64,000 nt of DNA from Macrostomum hystrix (Eukaryota > Animalia > Platyhelminthes): positions 1,488,001 through 1,552,000 of the forward strand of contig CATNEN010000001.1 in the NCBI GenBank assembly GCA_950097015.1. Reading direction: 5' to 3'. Both the position numbers and the translations under genes were made by a program. This document shows, piece after piece, positions 56,962-64,000 of this stretch (within the stretch, counting starts at the first letter, position 1; every line of letters begins with the position of its first letter). The notes below the pieces were generated by a model, which was not told where the DNA came from, made no database searches, and saw only the letters and a program-made list of their open reading frames with translations.

Positions 56962-59900
56962 ATGGGTAAGTATATACGAGTATTTTCTAACGCAATACAA
57001 GTTAGAATTAGAAAAAAGTTCTACATGTAGTGATTACACGAACCCCAGATACTAACAATGCGATATCCGAATCTGCGTCTTCTGAAACTACCGAAACACC
57101 AGCGGCTGACGACAATCAATCAACCGGAGCGTCGACTATTGAGTTCGACAGCAGCAGCAGTGCTTGCAGAAGCGGCAGTGAAAGCAGCGATGAAGTACAA
57201 ATCAAGACCGACGCTATTGTTCTGCCGTCTCACTATTTCGAGGCTAAGCCCGACTGTAGTTCTATTAGCGAGGATAAACTTGTGCCAGTAGTACTGCCAA
57301 TGCCTCTTTGTGTGGCTGCAATTTCCTTAAACGAGAAGGCTAATTCAGTGAGTATGGATTGCTATGGAATCCTGATATTTGAACGGGGAGCGAATTTCTA
57401 ATTTCCTCAGAATTTTCTTCCTTTTGATACACCATTCGCAGCCAATCTGAATCCGCTTCTCTCCTAATTGGTCCGCCCCCTGAAACCGCTCCCCTAAGCC
57501 CATCCGCCTCCCTGAAACCGCTCCCCTCAGCCCATCCGCCCCCTGAATCCGCTCCTCTCTTAGCACATCGGCCCCTTGAATCCGCTCCTCTCCTAGCCCA
57601 TCCGCCCCCTGAATCCGCTCCTCTCCTAGCCCATCCGCCCCCTGAATCCGCTCCCCTCCTCGTCCATCCGCCCCCTGAATCCGCTCCTCTCCTCGTCCAT
57701 CCGCCCCCTGAATCCGCTCCTCTCCTAGTCCATCCGCCCCCTGAATCCGCTCCTCTCCTCGTCCATCCGCCCCCTGAATCCGCTCCTCTCCTAGCCCATC
57801 CGCCCACTGAATCCGCTCCTCTCCTAGTCCATCCGCCCCCTGAATCTGCTCCTCTCCTCGTCCATCCGCCCACTGAATCCGCTCCCATCCCTGTGCATCT
57901 ATCGATCCGCCCGTTGCCTCCTCTGTTCGCGCGCCAATCTCTTTAGCCAGAAACTAGCAGCAACTTAAACCCCGCAGTTCCGCTCTCTCCTGCGCCATCA
58001 CTGGTCACCGCTGCTTCTAATGTGGCTGGCACACGCGGCCATCGGCGCAGCCAATGCGCTCCCTGGCAGCTGCCTGCTGATGCTGTCCAGTCGGGTTGGC
58101 GCCAGTCTCAGCTCCATGGGCCTCTGGTACACTGTCAAGTCTATTTGCGCCTGCCTGCTGGCCATTGTCACTGGATTCGCGTTGCCTAGAATGTCGCAGT
58201 CCAGACACAGGCTGGCCTTTTTAATTGCGGCCAATCTAGTGTGCGCCGGCGCCCTGCTGGCAGTGCCGACGGCGCGGAATTTAGGCACAATGCTGAGCCT
58301 GTCTGGTGTGCTGGGAGCTGGCCAGAGCGCCCTAGAGACCGGTTAGTGAGCCTGTGATGCCAAATTTAGTGAGCGTGTGATGCCAGATTTAGTGTGGCTG
58401 TGATGCCAGATTTAGTGAGGCTGTGATGTCAGATTTAGTGAGGCTGTGATGCCAGATTTAGTGAGGCTGTGATCCCAGATTTAGTGTGTCTGTGATGCCA
58501 GATTTAGTGTGGCTGTGATGTCAGATTTAGTGAGGCTGTGATGCCAGATTTAGTGAGCCTGTGATGTCAGATTTAGTGAGCCTGTGATGTCAGATTTAGT
58601 GAGCCTGTGATGCCAGATTTAGTTAGGCTGTGATGTCAGATTTAGTGAGGCTGTGATGTCAGATTTAGTGAGGCTGTGATGTCAGATTTAGTGAGGCTGT
58701 GATGTCAGATTTAGTGAGGCTGTGATGCCAGATTTAGTGAGGCTGTGATGCCAGATTTAGTGTGGCTGTGATGCCAGATTTAGTGTGGCTGTGATGTCAG
58801 ATTTAGTGAGGCTGTGATGCCAGATTTAGTTAGGCTGTGATGTCAGATTTAGTGAGGCTGTGATGTCAGATTTAGTGAGGCTGTGATGTCAGATTTAGTG
58901 AGGCTGTGATGCCAGATTTAGTGAGGCTGTGATGCCAGATTTAGTGTGTCTGTGATGCCAGATTTAGTGTGGCTGTGATGTCAGATTTAGTGAGGCTGTG
59001 ATGCCAGATTTAGTGAGCCTGTGATGTCAGATTTAGTGAGCCTGTGATGTCAGATTTAGTGAGCCTGTGATGCAAGATTTAGTTAGGCTGTGATGTCAGA
59101 TTTAGTGAGGCTGTGATGTCAGATTTAGTGAGGCTGTGATGTCAGATTTAGTGAGGCTGTGATGTCAGATTTAGTGAGGCTGTGATGTCAGATTTAGTGA
59201 GGCTGTGATGCCAGATTTAGTGAGGCTGTGATGTCAGATTTAGTGAGGCTGTGATGCCAGATTTAGTGAGGCTGTGATGCCAGATTTAGTGTGGCTGTGA
59301 TGCCAGATTTAGCGAGGCTGTGATGTCAGATTTAGTGAGGCTGTGACTCCAAGACTCACCAAATCCTGTCAACAATGCTCCCACGCAGCTGACGGTATCC
59401 TTGCCATCGTGCTTTTCGGCTCACAAAGCTCTCGCCCGGTGCTGCAGTCGCTCCACCTGGCCGTGGCTCTGGGTGCCCTCTCTGCGCCAGCCCTGCTGCA
59501 TCCGTTCCGACGCTGGGAGACTCCGGCGCCCGATGCTCCGCCTCCGTCGGCCGCGGCAGCCTCCAGCAACTCAAGCCTAGACAATCTTCGTCTTAGCCTC
59601 TGCCAGCGTCCGCTGAGAGTCGCCGAATCTCGGTTAAACTTTTCGGAGCCAACGAAGATGTCTCCGTCATGGCCACCCTCAACGCTGCTTCACCCTCCAC
59701 TGTTTGCACCGTTTGCTCTTGTGCATGCTGCCCAAGTTCTGGCTGCCTTAGGTTTTCTTCTGCTATTAGTTAGACGACATCGTCTCAGTGCCACTCCTAC
59801 TTCGTCGCCGAATCCTCCTTCGCAATCGTCGTCGAGCTCAGTCGAAGTCGAAGTTTTGTTATTGCCGGCGTCGGGATCGAGTGCAAAGACTCCAGCGACG

Positions 59901-61035
59901 TCGTTGAAGAAGCTGCCAATTTGGCGCCAGAGACTGCTAGTGGCACTCACGGTGCTATTCTATTTCTTCTTCGTCGGAGTGGAGAACGTGTTCTGGTCCT
60001 ACATTGGCGCCTACGGTGTCTGCTCCCGACTGCGACTGTCCGCTCTCAATGCGGCCTTCTTTGCCGGCTTCCTAGCCGGCCGCTGCCTAGGAGTGGCTGC
60101 GGCCAGGTGGGCGAGGCCAGGCTTCATCCTGCTGGCCGATTTGGCAGGCTGCCAGGTTAAAGAGCTTTGAAAATGTGACTTCTTAGAAATATGATTTGTG
60201 CGAAATGCGGTTTCTACGAAATGTGGTTTCTACGAAATTTGATTTCTACGAAATTTGATTTCTACGAAATGTGATTTCTACGAAATGTGATTTCTACGAA
60301 ATGTGATTTCTACGCAATGTGATTTCTTCGAAATGTGATTTCTACGAAATGTGATTTCTACGAAATGTGATTTCTACGAAATGTGATTTCTACGAAATGT
60401 GATTTCTACGAAATGTGATTTCTACGAAATGTGATTTCTACGAAATGTGATTTCTACGAAATGTTATTTCTAAGAAATGTGATTTCTACGAAATGTGATT
60501 TCTACGAAATTTGATTTCTACGAAATGTGATTTCTACGAAATGGATTTTATTTTTTTATTGGGATTCTATATTAAATTGGATTTCTAGGATACAGACTTT
60601 TTGTAAGGGGACTAAAAGAAAGTGGATTCCAGCCAATCAATAATAAAATCCCACACTAACTCCTTCGCCAAATTCTCGATTTCGCAGATCTCATTGGCGC
60701 TGCTTTGTCTATTAGCCGGCGACTCGCCTCTGGCGGCCGCCGCCCCGTCTTGGTTGACTTCAGCCGCCACGGCCGCCTTCGGCCTCTCCGTGGCCAGCAT
60801 GTTCGCCAGCGGCATCTCCTGGCTGGAGGAGCGGCTGAATGTCACAGGGCCGCTAGCCTGCAGCTGGACTATCGGTAGTCAGCTCGGCGTATCTGTTCTG
60901 CCCGCCTTGGCTGGCCACCTGCTGCTGGCTCCAGGTGCGGGTCCAGCCGGGGTGTTGTACTTGTCGCTGGCTGGCTTCACAGCTGCCGGCGCCTGCTTCG
61001 CGGCCATGCTGGCTGTGGCACACGCGCGAGTGTGA
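56962..61035 (+). CDS. MFS transporter, MFSD4/NAGLT1 (sodium-dependent glucose transporter)-like, 5 exons, ~593 aa
   Basis: Exons 56962-56965 (ATG G|gtaagt), 57049-57347, 57978-58341, 59389-60155, 60688-61035, all phase-consistent (1782 nt). Many TM helices. Motifs 'QSLHLAVALGALSAP', 'FFFVGVENVFWSYI' and 'SMFASGISW' are typical of MFSD4. Confidence 0.8.
57445..57886. repeat. 33-bp C-rich minisatellite (CCCCCTGAATCCGCTCCTCTCCTAGCCCATCCG)
   Basis: ~13 copies in MFS intron 2. Confidence 0.9.
58343..59346. repeat. 23-bp minisatellite (TTAGTGAGGCTGTGATGTCAGAT)
   Basis: ~43 copies filling MFS intron 3 from the donor site. Confidence 0.95.
60170..60548. repeat. 16-bp minisatellite (GAAATGTGATTTCTAC)
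   Basis: ~23 copies in MFS intron 4. Confidence 0.93.
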
Positions 61036-61094
61036 AATGGGATCTCAGCTGCAGAGCTCTAATCCCGTTTGGAAACAATAACACTGTCACTGTG

Positions 61095-61367
61095 CTCTGA
61101 TCCTTGTTAGGGATCTCTGATCCTTGTTAGGGATCTCTGATCCTTGTTAGGGATCTCTGATCCTTGTTAGGGATTTCTGATCCTTGTTTAATGATCTCTG
61201 GTCATTGTTAGGGATCTCTGATCCTAGTTAGGGATCTCTGATCCTTGTTAGGGATCTCTGATCCTAGTTAGGGATCTCTGATCCTTGTTAGGGATCTCTG
61301 ATCCTTGTTAGGGATCTCTGATCCTTGTTAGGGATTTCTGATCCTTGTTTAATGATCTCTGATCCTT
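61095..61367. repeat. 20-bp hairpin-forming minisatellite after the MFS stop (CTCTGATCCTTGTTAGGGAT)
   Basis: ~13 copies; GATCC(T)...(A)GGGATC is self-complementary. Confidence 0.9.
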
Positions 61368-61943
61368 GAAGAGTTATTTTTGGGGATCATGATTGATTTT
61401 TGTTTAATCTCTGCTTATTTCTAAGCAGTTCCAATAGCTTTGATGTCTCTTTTCTAGACTCAGATTTTCGTAGGGATTGGCTTCTTAAATTAACAGTTCT
61501 CTCCATGGTTCTATTGTACCAATTATAGGACAATTAAATGAAATGTTCAATTTAAATTTTAACTTCCAAGTATTTTAAGGTTTTAGCTCAATGTATATTT
61601 TAATTGCTCAACTGCTTACTGTTCACATGTACATCGTATATCGTTGCTTTTGTGTATTTCCTGCTTGCAGCAATTCAACTATATGCACGCTTTAGAAAAT
61701 TGTATTTGTTATCTATCATCATTATTGTACTTTTCATCTTTTTTACTTTATCAATAAAATTTGTTAAAATTAAATTAGTCATTTTTGTGTTTAGCTCACA
61801 ATTTTTATAAAGATGGCACTAAAACACAAAATGCCTAATCCTTAAAAGAGACACACTTTTCTCTATTAAAAAGGATAAAAATTGTATTAGAAAAAAAGTT
61901 TCTTATAAAAAAATGGCAAAATACACTCTATTTTTCACAAAGG

Positions 61944-62245
61944 TAGAGGTTGTAGCCTAGTGGTTAGGGCGTCGGACTCACGACTTGAAGGTCGGGGGTT
62001 CGATTCCCGACTCCACTGGAACAATTTGCATCCTTTAGCAAGACACTTAACTCTGCAATGCTTCAGTTCACCCAGCTGTTAAATGGGTACCAGCATCAGC
62101 TGGGATAATTGAAGGTGGGTGTGGCGTCCCCCCAGTCCGTGGACTTAACAGCTGTACGCAGCCTTCAGATGCGCCGCGCTGCGGCTGTGCTGTCGGCTGC
62201 ACATCTGACCCAATTGGGGCAGGTGTAATAAATTATTATCAATTA
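61944..62245 (+). mobile_element. tRNA-derived SINE, family A, full length with TSD
   Basis: Highly similar to 55313-55610; 12-bp TSD TTTTCACAAAGG (61932-43 and 62246-57). Confidence 0.85.
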
Positions 62246-62691
62246 TTTTCACAAAGGATACACAGACGCGAAAATCATACAACACATTTGAGCAACCTGC
62301 AACAACAGGTAAATGCTACAAGCTGGTAAATTGTTGTTGGGATGGCTTAGATATCAGTTATGAAACATGAAACCGGTGCGAAACGAGAAACTTAAAGTAC
62401 CTTAAGTAACAAGCAACACCTAACATAAGATTGTAGCATTTTAAGTGCTGAATAGATGAAATACCTCATATAGAGCATGAATTGTGAGCCTTATAGATAT
62501 TCCGGGCATTAAATTAATAGTGCCCGAAAAAATTAGACGGCTGGTTGCAGTTTATGTCTATGGCCAAATTCTAAGTTGACCTGTCTATGAGCTAGCGATC
62601 GCTGAGATAACTGAGAAATTTACTTTGGGTAGCAGCATATTTTTCTATGGCCCTTATTATAATTATAGGAACATAATTACGCGACGATTCA

Positions 62692-62847
62692 AACACACAG
62701 GTGTGTACATCTGCCCTGACTTAACTTTGATTGATTTTTTTTCAGACAGCAAGCATCCAAAGTTCTCTTTTTGGCTGCGCCCCAAAAGAAATGTGGCCTC
62801 GCCGCGGAATCGAGCTCAGTGACCTTGTTTTGAGAGGCAAACACATT
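62692..62847 (-). mobile_element. Partial SINE family B copy
   Basis: cacacaggtgtgtacatctgccctgactt and ggctgcgcccca..atgtggcctcgccg.ggaatcga are shared with 11418-11600. Confidence 0.65.
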
Positions 62848-64000
62848 AGAATGTGTACTCTGGCTCTTGACGCAATGGGTAACGAAAGTGCATGCATTAC
62901 TTGAGGACATAAATGTGGAGCGAGTGTTCAGTCTTCTTTAAGAGTAGTCCGAATTTTAAGGTGAGAAATTCATGCCTAGCCGAAACAGCCAGCTGTCAAC
63001 CCTGGACTGAAGCCCCGGCCAATCAGATTGCGATCCGGCCTCGGTGGTTTTCTACCCCGGCGAGAAGTGCACCCTAAGGCTATATAGACAGAGGCCGCCT
63101 ACTACGTTTCCATCCATCAGGCTGAAACTGCCAGACAGACAGCCAATCGCCTTTTCCAGAGGTTCAGATCATCGGTCTATTTAAATAAACGCGTTTTCGC
63201 CGTGTCCAAAAGTCCATTTTCTATACGCCAAGACCTTCTGGTTTGCATCACAATTTTAATTAATGAACTTTTATGAAAATCGAATTAGCAACAATTATTC
63301 TAAAGATGACACTAAAAAACAAAACAGTTATCCTTAAAAGAGAACAGTTTTCTAAATAAAGAGGATTAAAATTGTATTTCAATTAGTTTTTTTAAAGAAA
63401 AGGTAAATTGCTAAATAATTATTCACACTGATTTCATAGTCGCGAAAAGAAGAACATTTGAGCAAACTGCAACAACAGGTAAATGTTAAACGCCAGTAGA
63501 TTGTCAGCTGGTGGATTGGATATCAATATGAAACCGGAAACCGGTGCAAAACAAGAAACTTAAAGCACCTTAAGTAACACACAACACCTAAGATAATATT
63601 GTAGCATTTTAAGTGCTAAAGTCATATATAACAAAATGACTAAAAACTGAATATACAAAAAACGTCTGGATATTACATAACCAAATATAGAATTGTGATA
63701 AAAATAAATTTGTGTTGAAAATTATTTCAATTTAAAGAACATTTTCATTTTAATGCTCGTTTCATTTTTAACTGATTTCTCGCAAGTATTTAAATATATA
63801 CATAAACATACTCGTAGAATAAAATTGAAAAAACAGGCTTCTTGCCTGAGCCAAATAGTCTACTACTCAAGTTGGAAGATTCCACAATAAAAATTTCAGA
63901 CCAAGCCAAGCGATTTCGTGATCAACTATCCGTATGGAAAATGTCTTTAATTTGCTTAGCGTCTCCTAGTAGAAGCGTAGCCAGTTCGCGTTACCGGAGA

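Larger units (their letters stand above)
61808..63620 (+). repeat. Diverged direct duplication of a ~350-bp segment (61808-62460, interrupted by a SINE, versus 63300-63620)
   Basis: Shared blocks taaagatg.cactaaaa, atccttaaaagaga, acatttgagcaa.ctgcaacaacaggtaaatg and gaaacttaaag.accttaagtaac. Confidence 0.8.

Noticed and set aside
2505-61367. CRISPR arrays
   Set aside because: The repeats are head-to-tail with no unique spacers, there are no cas genes, and the context is eukaryotic.
63140-63175. U5 or U2 snRNA-like TCGCCTTTT motif
   Set aside because: Only ~9 nt match; no flanking stem, invariant loop or Sm site.

Overview
Eukaryotic (animal) genomic DNA. The GC-rich, Ala/Gln-rich exons separated by minisatellite-filled introns resemble a Macrostomum-type flatworm, but that assignment is inference only. 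Four protein genes could be rebuilt by hand with consistent GT-AG phases: (1) a 9-exon Delta-class Notch ligand (minus, 25905-2128, ~732 aa); (2) a centrosomin/CDK5RAP2-like coiled-coil protein with CM1 and CM2-like motifs (minus, 46101 or 50221 to 30705, ~1830-1850 aa); (3) a HERP/HERPUD-like ubiquitin-like ER membrane protein with one coding exon (plus, 53172-54101); (4) an MFSD4-like MFS transporter (plus, 5 exons, 56962-61035). Mobile DNA: a DD34D mariner with unusually long (~202 bp) TIRs, three non-autonomous hAT elements with 8-bp TSDs, another MITE-like element, and two tRNA-derived SINE families, one with a CORE-like domain. About 25 mostly distinct minisatellite arrays sit right against coding exons and stop codons. 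The most notable pattern is in Delta intron 8: two different minisatellites at opposite ends of the intron carry a 16-nt core that is fully complementary only on the transcribed strand (two G-U wobbles). This suggests minisatellite-built RNA bridges that bring splice sites together. Weaker versions of the pattern occur in other long introns. Most long ORFs in the supplied track are artefacts of repeat arrays.
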